Shown here piece by piece: positions 24,199 to 36,067 of a stretch of DNA of 64,000 nucleotides. The DNA comes from Lepidodermella squamata (Eukaryota > Animalia > Gastrotricha), in contig JBLDXI010000011.1 in the NCBI GenBank assembly GCA_047495785.1, positions 434,001 to 498,000 of the forward strand. The letters are read 5' to 3'. The notes under the pieces were generated by a model. It saw only the letters and a program-made list of their open reading frames with translations, had not been told where the DNA came from and did not search any database. Position 1 is the first letter of the stretch; every line of letters begins with the position of its first letter. Position numbers and translations under genes: made by a program.

Positions 24199-27126
24199 AT
24201 GTCCCGACACCGCGCATCTATTTTGATACTCTTGCTAATTTCCGGAATCTCGCCAAATCCTGGTCCCGACGCTGCTATTCCACAGGTGCCACCCACGCTT
24301 GATCATTGTGATCTGGTTTCATCCCGGTTTGCTCCGGATTTTCACGCATGTGTCAGCGCTAACCTGAATGGTCTGCTAACCCTTGACAAATTAGATGAGC
24401 TAGCAGAATTCGCGGAGGTTATTCGGCCGATGGCAATCATGTTGTGCGAAACTAAAATTCCCGATGGGTGTACCCCGAAACACGTCGAAGATCAATTCGA
24501 ACCTGATATGAGTCTTCAAGATCCTTATTTCGGGTATGATTGCTTTTGGAAGGGCCGGAATAGGTCAAAAGCAGGCGGAGTTGGCCTGCTTGTTTACAAG
24601 AAATACGCGGTGGTCCTGGACCGGGTGATACCTTCAAAAACGGTTGAGAACCAACAATGTGTCCTGCAAATGCCATCTGGAAAACGCCTAGCTCTAACAG
24701 CGATTTACCGCCGACCGAGCAACCCCGACAGCTTCACAGCATCAGAGGCTGAGGAGATCGAATGTTTCTTGATCGGGTGCATGTCAGTTGAGGCCGATTA
24801 TCACGTAATCTCCGGCGACTTCAACTGGAATCTTCGCAATTATGGTGTATTGAAATCAATGAAAGAAGTATTCCAAGATTTCGGCCTGCAGCCTGCCTAC
24901 GAAAATCTAGTTACACGCCCTGCATCAGGGAGATGTCTCGATCATTTCTGGTCAAACGTTACAGAATCGAAAGTCGCAACTGCTGGAACAATCGTTGGCC
25001 TCAGCGATCATTATGGGACGACAATGGTCATTGAAGATGAGAATAATTCGAAACCTGTCAGCGAAAACGTGCGAGTTTTTCGTGATGTTCGAAATATTGA
25101 TTCTGATCAACTGAATCGTCGGCTCAAGTCCAAGCTCGAAAATATCGACGAAGACCTGCCCTATACTTGCGAAGCGTACTGGCAACTTGTCAAAACCTGC
25201 CTCCTCGACACTGTTAACGAAGTGGCTCCGATGATTGTCAAAAAGCCCGGCCGAAAAAATCGGGTTCGCAAATCTGACATCAACCCATCACTATCGCGAC
25301 GCGAACGAAAACGCTTGCGAAGAAAGATGCGGCGAGCCAAGTACCAGAAACAAGTCAAAGAGGCTGGACGAGGCCCTCGCAAGCTGTGGCGGGTCATCAG
25401 TGACTTCAGGCCAAAGAAGAAAACTCAGGGATCATTTCAGGGATTGGACAAAGATAAGTCGCTGCTGAAGGCAAATGAGTTCAATTCATTCTTTGCGCAA
25501 GCCGGTTTTAAAGTTGCTCAAGCCCTATCGAAAAGCCTGAACTTCGTGAGACTGCGCACTGGCTACAACAAGTTTGATTTTCGATCGATATCGCGTGCTG
25601 AGGTTGAGGCAGCTATTGACAAGCTGTCGTACAAATCGACAACTGGGTACGATGGAGTGCCGGAATGCGTCATCAAAATGGCCAAGTCTACTTTAACTCC
25701 TTGTTTGCTTAAACTTTTTAACTTAGCGATTGCCGAACGAACCTTTATATCGGACTGGAAGGCATCAATTGTAACTCCGCTTCACAAATCCGGCAGCAGA
25801 TTGGAGACAGCCAATTATCGGCCGATTTCAATCACGTCACCAGTTGCTCGGACGTTCGAACGGTGTCTGGCGTTTCAGCTTAAAGGTCACTTGGCTAACT
25901 TCTGGTCTTCTGCGCAACACGGTTTCCGAGAGAAACACTCGACGGACACGTGCGTTGCCGAATTTACCGAAAACTGGCGGCGGTCCATGTACGAAGGCAA
26001 GGTTGTGGGCGCTGTCTCAATCGATTTGTCAAAGGCCTTTGATACGCTGAATCACGACGCAATCATAGAGTCATTCAAAAGTGCTGGTTTATCACCTGAT
26101 GCCCTTCTATTACTTCGAAACTACCTCTCAGATCGCCGTCAAGCAACCAGGATCAATAACGAATTGTCTTCGTTTGAGAGCGTTGGTCTGGGCGTACCTC
26201 AGGGGTCCGTTCTCGGACCGCTAATGTTCACCGTTTATGTGAATGAATTGTCGACGGTTGTAGAGCGATGTGGCTTGAAACAATATGCTGACGATATTAC
26301 TATTTATTTTGCAAGTAGGAATGTGAACGAACTTCGCGCTGTCTTGCAACTTGAGATGAATCGAGTTTGCCACTGGCTTCAAGGCAACTCGTTGGCTGTT
26401 AATGGCAAAAAGTCACAGTTTATGTTGCTGAAGTGCGCTAAGCCTGATGCTCCGAATTTCTCGATCACCATCGGCGACACTGTTGTTAGGCCTGCAAACG
26501 TCATGATAACTCTTGGGTTTACAATCGACTGCAAGCTCACGTTCAATCGTCACATCAAAGGTGCAAAAAGCAAAGCAAGGAAAGGTTTGTTCGCCCTGAA
26601 ACTCGCAGCTAAGTTCATCGACCGAAAGACAGCAGTAATGATGGCCAACGGTCTCGTGTTCAGTCATCTCAACTACGGCGACTTGACTCTTGGACAAGCT
26701 GCGCCGACTACGTTGGATCGGCTTCAGACAACTCAAGACCGCGCTGTCCGAATTATCTGTGGCGCTCATCCTCTGGCCGACGCAGCGCCTCTTCGTCATC
26801 GCCTCGGCTGGGTCGACGTAAATCAAAAGCACGCTATTCATCTGGCTACCTTTCTATGGAACTGTCTACACCAACAAGCACCCACTGTCATGCAGTCATG
26901 GTTCCAGCTGAACGATCCCTCGAACTATGAAACTCGCCACTTTGAACCGATGTTTAAACCAACGTACTCAAAGGTTCGCGGCATGCTGAGCATGAGCTAC
27001 CGAGGCCCTGATCTATGGAACCAGCTCCCGGTCAATGTCCATCAATCTGAAACAGCTCAGACCTGCAGGGAAGCCACCTACTCGCACTTCTACGAAAAAA
27101 ATGCTGCAAAATTGAAATTAAAATGA
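24199..27126 (+). CDS. APE endonuclease-reverse transcriptase of LINE, with N-terminal 2A-like motif
   Basis: EN: NLNGL, LCET, GGVG, IYRRP, GDFN, LDH, SDH. RT: NYRPIS, QHGFR, DLSKAFD, GVPQGSVLGP, YADD. N-terminal LLLISGISPNPGP. Confidence 0.93.
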   Translation: MSRHRASILILLLISGISPNPGPDAAIPQVPPTLDHCDLVSSRFAPDFHACVSANLNGLLTLDKLDELAEFAEVIRPMAIMLCETKIPDGCTPKHVEDQFEPDMSLQDPYFGYDCFWKGRNRSKAGGVGLLVYKKYAVVLDRVIPSKTVENQQCVLQMPSGKRLALTAIYRRPSNPDSFTASEAEEIECFLIGCMSVEADYHVISGDFNWNLRNYGVLKSMKEVFQDFGLQPAYENLVTRPASGRCLDHFWSNVTESKVATAGTIVGLSDHYGTTMVIEDENNSKPVSENVRVFRDVRNIDSDQLNRRLKSKLENIDEDLPYTCEAYWQLVKTCLLDTVNEVAPMIVKKPGRKNRVRKSDINPSLSRRERKRLRRKMRRAKYQKQVKEAGRGPRKLWRVISDFRPKKKTQGSFQGLDKDKSLLKANEFNSFFAQAGFKVAQALSKSLNFVRLRTGYNKFDFRSISRAEVEAAIDKLSYKSTTGYDGVPECVIKMAKSTLTPCLLKLFNLAIAERTFISDWKASIVTPLHKSGSRLETANYRPISITSPVARTFERCLAFQLKGHLANFWSSAQHGFREKHSTDTCVAEFTENWRRSMYEGKVVGAVSIDLSKAFDTLNHDAIIESFKSAGLSPDALLLLRNYLSDRRQATRINNELSSFESVGLGVPQGSVLGPLMFTVYVNELSTVVERCGLKQYADDITIYFASRNVNELRAVLQLEMNRVCHWLQGNSLAVNGKKSQFMLLKCAKPDAPNFSITIGDTVVRPANVMITLGFTIDCKLTFNRHIKGAKSKARKGLFALKLAAKFIDRKTAVMMANGLVFSHLNYGDLTLGQAAPTTLDRLQTTQDRAVRIICGAHPLADAAPLRHRLGWVDVNQKHAIHLATFLWNCLHQQAPTVMQSWFQLNDPSNYETRHFEPMFKPTYSKVRGMLSMSYRGPDLWNQLPVNVHQSETAQTCREATYSHFYEKNAAKLKLK

Positions 27127-27361
27127 AGCTCTATATATTCTATTTTTATATTTCCTTATCCACGGTAAAAAAAAAAACGGTGAGCTGCCGTTGTTGTAAT
27201 ATTGTTTCGTTTTACTTATCGTTGACTCAAATTTATGTCATCTCCAATTGTCCTATCCTTTTGTAACTGTCCTGCAATTATCTGTTTCCTTTCAAACTTA
27301 ACTTTGTCGAGCTGCCCTCTCTGGGTGTCATAGCTTTGAAATAAATAAATAAATAAATAAA
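24199..27361 (+). mobile_element. Non-LTR retrotransposon, CR1/L2 group (LINE)
   Basis: Intact 975-aa EN-RT ORF, AT-rich 3' UTR and (TAAA)n tail at ~27339-27361; 5' boundary and TSD not resolved. Confidence 0.9.
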
Positions 27362-27609
27362 TGATACATGCTGCAAAACCTGAAACTTTCAGATTCGCCG
27401 CCATCGACATCACAGACACAGTTGCTGCCTTCGCTTTCACCGTCGTTTCAGCAGCAGTCGACGGGGCTTTATTCTAATAATTCCACTAATAATCTGCGCA
27501 GAATTCAATGAACATTTTCTATTCATTTTATTCAATTCGAGTTAAGCTTGTAAATCGTTATTGCCGAGTGTCATTCGTTTGAGATAATAATGTATAACAT
27601 CGGCTGTTC

Positions 27610-30600
27610 TCAATATGTCTCGCGTTTCAAAGGTAGTGATTTCACCTGCACAAGAGACGGGCGCGGTTGGTTGTTGTTAGGCGGTGTCGCAACAACGAGG
27701 TCGGAAAGCCTGCGATCAGATGAAAAACGGACCACAGGGGGCGGCCAAATTAGCCGGCTCAGTTTAGCGGAAATGTGTGCCATGAGGTTGACTACAGCGA
27801 TCAGCTGACTGCAAACAACAATGATCAGCGGTAGAAAATCATCGGATAACGATTGCGAGACAAGAACAGCCGCTGCTATGATTAACAGCTGACAGTAGAC
27901 TCCAATGGCAATCTTCTTCATGTCATCGCTCGATATCAAACTTCTAGCGAATCTCTGGGAAAAAAAACAAGAGTTGATGATGAGTTGAAATAGGATGATC
28001 CTAAACCTTGATTTGGTTAATCTGTAATCGAAGTCTTTCGTGTGAGATGTTATCGATTATAAGGCCTGGTTACGCACTATGAACCCTAACCCTAACCCTA
28101 ATATTTTCTATGTCTTACCCAATAGTTCTATTTAGCGAGCTAGCGTATTCCTTCTCAAATCGAAGTTCTCACTGATAGGATCCTCGTGAAACACCGAACT
28201 CAAGCCCTGATTTCCACTCCTAAACACCTTACCCGCCTATCTTCAAATTTGTTCCGCTATTTTAACCCTTGACCATAACCTAACCCTAATCTGAAGGCTT
28301 ATCTTTGCTGTGGCAATAGTCATAGCCTCAACCCTAACCCTAATACTAAGCCCCGAGGATCCTTCAAACATGGAAGAAGAAGAACATGGAAGCAACCATC
28401 CTATGTTGGTAAAGGTCCGATTGTTTGCTCCCAGAGCTTTGCATCCATGTCGAAAACTCACCGATTTATATGCCAAAATTGCGGTTCTGAATAGCCCAGG
28501 CACGAAGAGAGCGAGCAGGGCAGCTAGCAAAACATTAGCAGCTATGATTTCAGTATTTAGCTGGCAGACGTAGTGATACGGTTGGTAAATCAAACTGAGA
28601 TCAAATTCATCCGTATATGGCGCATCATCCCGTACAGCGGCCGAAAGACTTGCAACGTCGAAAAACACTCCAAGAACAATCGCTTGTGTGCTAATCCAAA
28701 GCAGACCGACGCCGAATTCAACTTTCAAACTTGGCTGCTTGAACAGTTGCATTTTAACGGCATTCCCGTATAAGCAACTTGTTAGCCCGATTAGTAACGC
28801 GAAAGATTGAAAGATACATAACGGGACAGGCGAGGCAGCATTTCGTTGTTGACTCGACAAGCCGTAAGTCGTGATCACGAGCATCCAAACTCCGATAAGT
28901 AAGAACAAATCACTTGGATTGAACGGAATTTCGATAGGCTCCGAGTCTGGTTCGCGTAGCCTCTCCAGCCATTTCTTCCTCGTAAGGAGAGCAATTAGAA
29001 AGGCCGAAGCTATCGAAAGTATGACAGCACCAACAAACGAGACGATGGAGAAAGCTGCTGAGCTTATGACTTTCGTCTCGATTCGGACATGACGAATCGT
29101 GTCTTTCGGAGGCAGGCCGTCGATGGTTCGCCATTTCAAGCGATCTCTGAAAATTTCGAGTGGGTTTTCTCTGCTGCTCGATTTGTACATGCCGACCATT
29201 CTGTAATCGCTTTTTAGGCTGTTGTCGATAGAGACCTGGCTGAATGTGATTGGTATGTAGCCCTAGAGAATTGTGAAAATAGCGTGAAAATGCGAGGCTG
29301 CTAACAGAACTTACTTTTGAATTCACAGTCGTTTCAGCTTCGAACTGATACTCGCCTTTCATAGCTCTTACAATCGGCATCGTAAATAGAGCGTCGCGAA
29401 TCATCGAAGTTCCCGCATCGGCCAAAGTCAAATTTCTCGCCCTAGCCAATTCCAGAGTTCGATTCAGCAGACAACCAGCGAATAGGGCGAGATCAAACGG
29501 GTAAGTGGTGAAAAATGGCCATAACGGGCTAGTTTGAGCATTAGGCACCCGGTTGATTATCTCTGCATGCAACTGATCTCCTCTCAGCCCAGTTATGTCT
29601 GTCGAATTTTTGAAGGCCTCCATCAGTGAAGAGTCGCCGAAAAAGAACGAACTTCGAGCGATTTCTGCGACCATGTGTGGCGTGCACCAACTTGCGACGT
29701 AATTAGGAATGTTGCCTGCAGGGTCCACGCCGGCCCAGTTCAAGAAGAATAGGACGTAGCTTCGGCCGTACAAGCCGAATTTGTATAGCCAACAGGCGAA
29801 ACTGATGCCGTAGTCGACCTCAAGAAAGATTATCCGTGGATCACGGCGCGACATCTCTGAAAAAGCTGTAGAAACAGGCAAAGTGCAAATAGATTAACCA
29901 TAAAAGCTGTTCGAAATTGTTATCTTTGTAGAAAGCACAGGAAAGCATAACTGGCTACTTACTGCAATCTTTAACCCTAACCCTAACCCTAACCCTGACC
30001 CTGACCTCAAGTCTAAGCCTAGCCCATCCTTAACCTTAGCCTTAACCTTAGCTTTAACCCTAACCATAACTCAAGTCAAAACCTTATATCAACCATTTAG
30101 TTGAATAAAACAGGCTTCGAGGGTCTTGTTTTGGCCCACTGAACCTGTCCCTTAAATGCCTAAAGGTGTCGCAAAGATTGATCTTCTTATGAAGCTTCTT
30201 CTTTGAGATTTGATTCTCAGCTCCATTACCGTTCTCAAGATAATCACTCAGGTGTAACGTGTGACCAAAGTGAAGTTTTGTTTACCTTTCTCCATCTCAT
30301 CTGCATCCGAAGAGATGTACGAAACTTTGCCGTACCACGCCACTGTGATATTCAGCGATTCAAGGTAGGGCAGTAAGGACGCGTCCATTAGGTTGAAGAA
30401 CGGCATCAACTCGCTGAGAATGGCAACGCGGCGCCAGCCCATTTTCTGGATGAAAGCTGCCAGTGAGACGTGGCTCATGTCGGCACGTTGCCCCAGGCCA
30501 AAGTAGTGGCTGTAGCGACGCCGATCAAAATGCAGAGCTGGGGACATTTGAATCTGACCAAACTAGAAAAAAATATTTGAAGAATCGCCACCAATTGAAA

Positions 30601-31427
30601 TTTGAATTTCGGATATTTGAAAAGTGTTGAAAATTGGAAATGAAATAGGTATGATGAAAGAAAATAGTGGAAAAAGTTAAAAATAAATAATTGAAAATAG
30701 TTAAGAAATTAAAAAAATGTCAAGTAAATCTGATTGTTACTTACGATGAAAAAATTGAAGTATTTAGTGACTTCAGCCGGGATAATACGGCCCACGGCTG
30801 CACAGCCCATACTGAAAACCAGCGGCAGAATTTCTCGCTGCGAAGACCCGATCTCGATCTCGGTTAAATCTCTCATTCGGCGAATCAGCCTCGAAATCGA
30901 CAACGCATCGTCGCACTGTAAAAAAGGTCGGTTAATTTCACACTTTATAAAATTCGATTAAAATTCAAATTTAATTTTGAAAAAAATCTTTGAAATATTT
31001 AAAAAAATTCTAGAAAATTCAAGAAAATATATAAAAATTCTAAAATTCTTCAAATTTATTTTAAATTCTTATTTTATTTATTAAAAATGAAAAAAACCTC
31101 ATCATCGATGAGCTCTATAGCCATTTCATAGCCCGGCAGCCAATTCGCCTGTGCCCTGAGTCGATCGAGAGCGATTTCCATGGTTTTCGATAGAATAGGC
31201 CCACCTGGAAACACTGAGCCCGCGTACATAATTTGAGCCAGCACGACTACAACCTTGCTTCTGTCACCCCGATTTGAGCCGAAAAGGCGTGGCACAACGT
31301 ATTTAGGCATCGGAGCGCTCATGTAAACTGTCTCATTAGCGAGTTGATTTTCGATAATCGAATCGAACATCGATGCGACAAGGCCTGTAAACGAGGCTAA
31401 AATCGCGATTTTCGTAGTGAGATGCAT
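27610..31427 (-). CDS. Divergent GABA-B-like class C GPCR (Venus flytrap + 7TM), about 6 exons
   Basis: Exons ~31427-31098, 30915-30745, ~30563-30286, ~29866-29314, ~29262-28462, ~27954-27610. VFT motifs (LPGYEM..IDDE|CD, GC, MGWRRVAIL, DPRII, YKFGLYGRSYV), W..G.PPKD linker without a Cys-rich domain, seven hydrophobic segments. Confidence 0.8.
28082..28345. repeat. Intronic (CCCTAA)n telomere-like tracts
   Basis: AACCCTAACCCTAACCCTAA at 28082-28101 and degenerate copies at ~28262-28345. Confidence 0.7.
29971..30070. repeat. Intronic degenerate (CCCTAA)n tract
   Basis: TAACCC units decaying into CCTGA/CCTTA variants. Confidence 0.75.
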
Positions 31428-32052
31428 GATGAAAATAGCAATGAATATCAAGGGGCAAGAATCGAGAAAAAAAACGTTACATGATATGTCGATCTTAAGT
31501 CTGAAATTTCAGATGAATGCTGAAAGCTTCCGGCTGCTTGGCTAGCTATTTTTCCTCTCATCACTCAGCGTAATTACACGAGACGAACGAACATTGGCCT
31601 CGAGCCATTTTTCAGGGTAGAACAGACAATTTATCGAACATTTTCATTTTATTGTCTTCAAATTGATAGATTATTAATAGCTTGTTGCGGAGACACCGAG
31701 AGAAGTAACACCGAATTCAACTAATGGCAAAATTTTGATTCATTCACCGAAAATATTGCAAAATTAAAAATAACGTGGCATTATTTTTTCTAACATAAAA
31801 TAGCAATAAATCACCGGCAGGAAATGTTATTCAGTTGAGATGGAAAAATATTAGGAAACGAGGATCAATTTTTTCAAAAATTTTCCAAACGCAAAAATAT
31901 TTAAATTAATCAATTTTTCCGGATTTTTTAATTAATTCCTAATTCCTAAAAAAACTAATCAAAAATTTTAGAAAATTGATCCTCGTTAGAAATTATGCAA
32001 AAAAATTAATTTAATTAATAAAATTGAGGTAGAACGAAGTTAGGAAATCGGG

Positions 32053-32830
32053 CTATAATAATTGCCGAATTTCGTCGGATTGCGCTAAATCCCTCGCAAT
32101 TTCGCCGTCGCTATTTTTCGATTCCAAAAAATCGCGATCGACCTCGGCCAACAATTTCACAAATTCGATTCGATTTTCTAGAACAGCGACGAAAAGCGCC
32201 GTTGACCCGGCGGTGATTTTTCGATTAACGCCCCGTGACGTCACGTAAAACGCGGATTTTGTCGATTTTTTGCGAAAATCACAGCCGTGACGAAGGAGAA
32301 GCCGGCCGAGCGTGACGTCACCGTGACGAGCGGCTAGAAACAACGCCGACCAGCCGTTTTCATCCGCCTGGTTAACATCGGCGTGATTCTGGAGTAGCAA
32401 ATCGACAACGTTATGCCGCCGGTTCAGTGAAGCGTAAAATAGCGGTGACCAACCGAAATTGTTTGTCCTATTGGGCGAGGCGCCCTTTTCCAGGAGAATC
32501 CGGGTGCTTTCGAGACAGCCGGATTTAGCCGAGGCGAACAGCGCCGACCAGCCGTCTTTTGACAGGGTGTCTACAGTAGCACCGCGTTGGATGAGTAATT
32601 TGACGAGGTTAGGGTGTCTCTGGGAAGCGGCGGCCATCAGCACGGTGTAGCCGGACTCGTCGGCGTAATTGACTAGGGCGCCCTGGTCGAGGAGTTTGCG
32701 AACTTCGGCGACAGATTGATTCGGGTGCCGGTCGAGTAGGATGAGTAGGTGCTGGCTGAGGACGAGCGGGTCCGGCTCGTTAAGCGACGCCGGCGGCACC
32801 AGGGCGCCGCGCAAATCAGGCGTGTCGTAA
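32053..32830 (-). CDS. Ankyrin repeat protein, last exon (5' exon(s) unresolved)
   Basis: ~6 ankyrin repeats (GYTVLMAAA, GWSALFAS, GWSPLFYAS, GWSALFLAA, GSTALFVA); AG acceptor at ~32831; candidate upstream donor CAG|GTGAGT at ~33412. Confidence 0.8.
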
Positions 32831-35800
32831 CCTATTTTTGCGAATTTTCCCAAAATAAAAATCAATGAAGATTCCTAAAAAAACAGTAGGAGCAATTTAA
32901 AATATCAATTTTTCAAAACGATCTAAAAAAATATTCGAAACATCTAATAAACATAAAAATAAAAAAAATGCATAAAAAATATAATTTATTCATTTATTCA
33001 TCAATAAATTCTAAAAAATAGCAGAAAAAATAGCCGTATTAAATTTATTCAAAATATTGAGGGTGGGTTGCGACTCGGAATAAATTTTAAAAAAATTCAA
33101 AAAATTCAAATAATATTAAATTGGGCGATTTAAAAGTTTTAGCTCGTTTTTTCAACCTTCGAAAAATATTGAACTTATTGAGGATCATTGGATTTTTCAA
33201 CAAAAAATTTTGGGGTCCTATCAGGTTCAAAATTCCATGATTTGAGAATTCCTGAGCAAGAAAATAATATAATGTGACCTATTTTTGTGGCATATGATGA
33301 TTTTTTGGCATGTTTTTACGCCCTAAAGGTGATATTATGCTATGCTGAATGAGAACGCACAATAAAAAGCCGCTTTTAAGCAAACAAAGCCCAGCCGCCT
33401 TAATGCACTCACCTGGTTATCAGCAACTTGTTACGCGAATAAAAGCCGCCATTATTTATCAGGAATAATAGGAAATTTTATGAATGACCTCGAAAGGCCA
33501 ATAAGAATAAAAAGGCAAAATTGGGGGAATATTTTTGTACAGAAATTCAGAAAAAATCCAGAAAAATAAATTACAATAAAATTATTAAATATTCAATAGG
33601 AAATTTTATAATGACATGCTACTTCGAAATTTCCCGTAATTTTTAGATTTTTTCTGGCGCGATGAGTGTTCTAAAAAAACTAGAAAGCTGTTACTACCAT
33701 CATCAATTATCTAACAACAGGTAATGAATATTGGCGTGAATTTTCACAGCTCAGATACCATAGCAGCCACCAGTAAAAAATATACTATACGATGCGCTCG
33801 GCTGGCCAGTCGGCCGCGTGATGATATTGCGGTGTAAAAAAGTTCCGAGCATGTCAGTTTTTTTAGACATTTTTTCATCCTGTTGTAGTATATTATATGA
33901 ATGCACGGCATGCTGCATTAATAAAATATCTGCCGCGCGCGCGCTCACTCGCTCGCTGTGTGAGAAAATGCGAATTATATTGCTATACATGCGCGGCGGG
34001 GCAATTTTTTCGCCGTCTTTTTATATTATAACAGCACAGAATAAAAGTCTGCATATCGATTTTATTACACACTTCCGCTCATTTTTTGCGTTTTAACGGG
34101 CTTGTTTTAATGCAAATATAATCATCGTAATAAAAAATGAGAATAACAAGGAAAAACACGCGGAACAATTTCGAGCAAAAAAACGCGAGGAAGAAACAGA
34201 TGAAATTTTGAAAATATACTTCCATATTTTTAAAAATTCTTAGAAAATATTTTATTGATTTTTGTGCCAAAGAAAATAATTGGACTTGTGTGTCCCAAGG
34301 CGTTGTTGTTCAGAAGAGGATGAAAAATAGTAAATATTCGTAATTAATTAGTAGAATCCGAGTCCGAGTCCGAGTATCTGTAGTCAATGTTGACTCAATT
34401 ATCGATATGAAGAAAACACTACATCTACATTGCGCTGTCTCGCACTGATTCAAATTCGCAATTTCACGAGTGGAGTAGAATTTTTAATCAAGCCGGAAAA
34501 AGTGATTTTTTCATCACGTAAATTTAGAACTAATGCTTAAATTTAATTGCGATTTATTAGGTGAGAACAGCAATAATCCACGCTTTATTTCCTTTTCATT
34601 GAAAGTTTTCCTATTTATACGGCTTGGTGCATTCCAAGAAACAGTTCGATTAATTGAAGCTGATGTTTCGAATTTAACCCCAAATAAGTCGATAATTTTT
34701 TATTTACTTCGAAATTTAACCTAGCCTGGATTTTGTTTATTCCTGTATGTATGACCCAAAATGACCCAATTTAGGCGTAACAGGGGCAAAATCCTTCCTA
34801 ATTAATGTAATGATAATATATAGCCTCAAATATTGGAAAAATCACTCATATTAAAGGTCGATATCGATATCTTGATCGGGGATTTGAATTGTCCACATTT
34901 TTCAAAATAATCCATGTTTTTTTTAATTTATTTCCCAATTTTTAGTCTCTAACTTGCTCTAAAGTTACCCAAAATACTTTGACTCAATAAATTATCACTA
35001 ATTTCCAAACTTTAAAATCGTTTCTTCATTGATATCACGTGCTTCAATTTTCAGTCTATTATCATCTAAATAAAAAAAACGCATCATCCCCGCGCGCAAT
35101 ATACGATAAACACGGCAATTCGATACCGATTGTTATGAGCCCGCGCAATTTATGCAAAACTATTTATACCACAAGCATCGCTCTTTATAACGATGTCCCG
35201 GCGCTTTTCGCCTTTTGAGAGTGTATCATTTTTTCATCTTTCAGCACCAGAATCGAGTACATGAGATGCGCAGTTTTTTTCTCGTAAAAAACCGATTATC
35301 GCCTCCAATTTTCCCTACAGCTGTTTTCCAGGGACCTAAAAAAATTGATAAAATTATTTTTATAAATTCTTATTTTTAGACAATTTTTTTGAGTTGAAAT
35401 ATTTTACATTATAAATAATTTGAAAATATTTTACACATTTCATAAGAATTTTTGTTTAATTTTTCAGCCATATTTCTCAAATTTTACAGTGCTTCATTGA
35501 TTATTTTCAGAGTAGGAAATCACCTCGCCGCATTAGTATCGCTAAAACATAGCAACAAATTGCCGCAAATTTCACTCTCTTAATGTCTTGTCGATGGAAA
35601 AACAATAGATTAGAGCTGCTTCCTTTCATCGAAATATTGGCAGAGGCTGAATGCTGAATGATGATTTTTCTTCTATTACTGTAGTAAAAAATCTCGACAG
35701 CAAAAATATTTTACGCACAGGTGCTCCGTGTTGTGCGCTCTCATTTGCATTATTTCATTATTATTATTATTAGGTGCAACAAATCACATCGCTTATCGAC

Positions 35801-36067
35801 GACAACAATGACGACAAAATTGGTCTCAAGTGTCTTTATTATCATAATAGAGCGTAAAATTTGGGCTAGTAAAGACAACATATAGCTGGCAAAATGCCTA
35901 GACGAATTAGATCTAATCGCATTAATTTTTGCATTTTTTCATGTGACGAGTTCGATTTTTTTTAAGCTCTCAAAAATCAGGGCAGTTCGGGACATTTCAA
36001 ACTCAGATTTAAAGAATTTTTAAAATTTTAGATAAATGTTGCAATTTTATATATATTTTCTGAATTC

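Noticed and set aside
28910-29313. Programmed frameshift between the overlapping GPCR ORFs
   Set aside because: Explained by a ~51-nt GT-AG intron (NSK|GYIP).
29971-30070. True telomere or chromosome-fusion scar
   Set aside because: Short, degenerate, intronic and repeated at several places in the same orientation; more likely repeat-derived.
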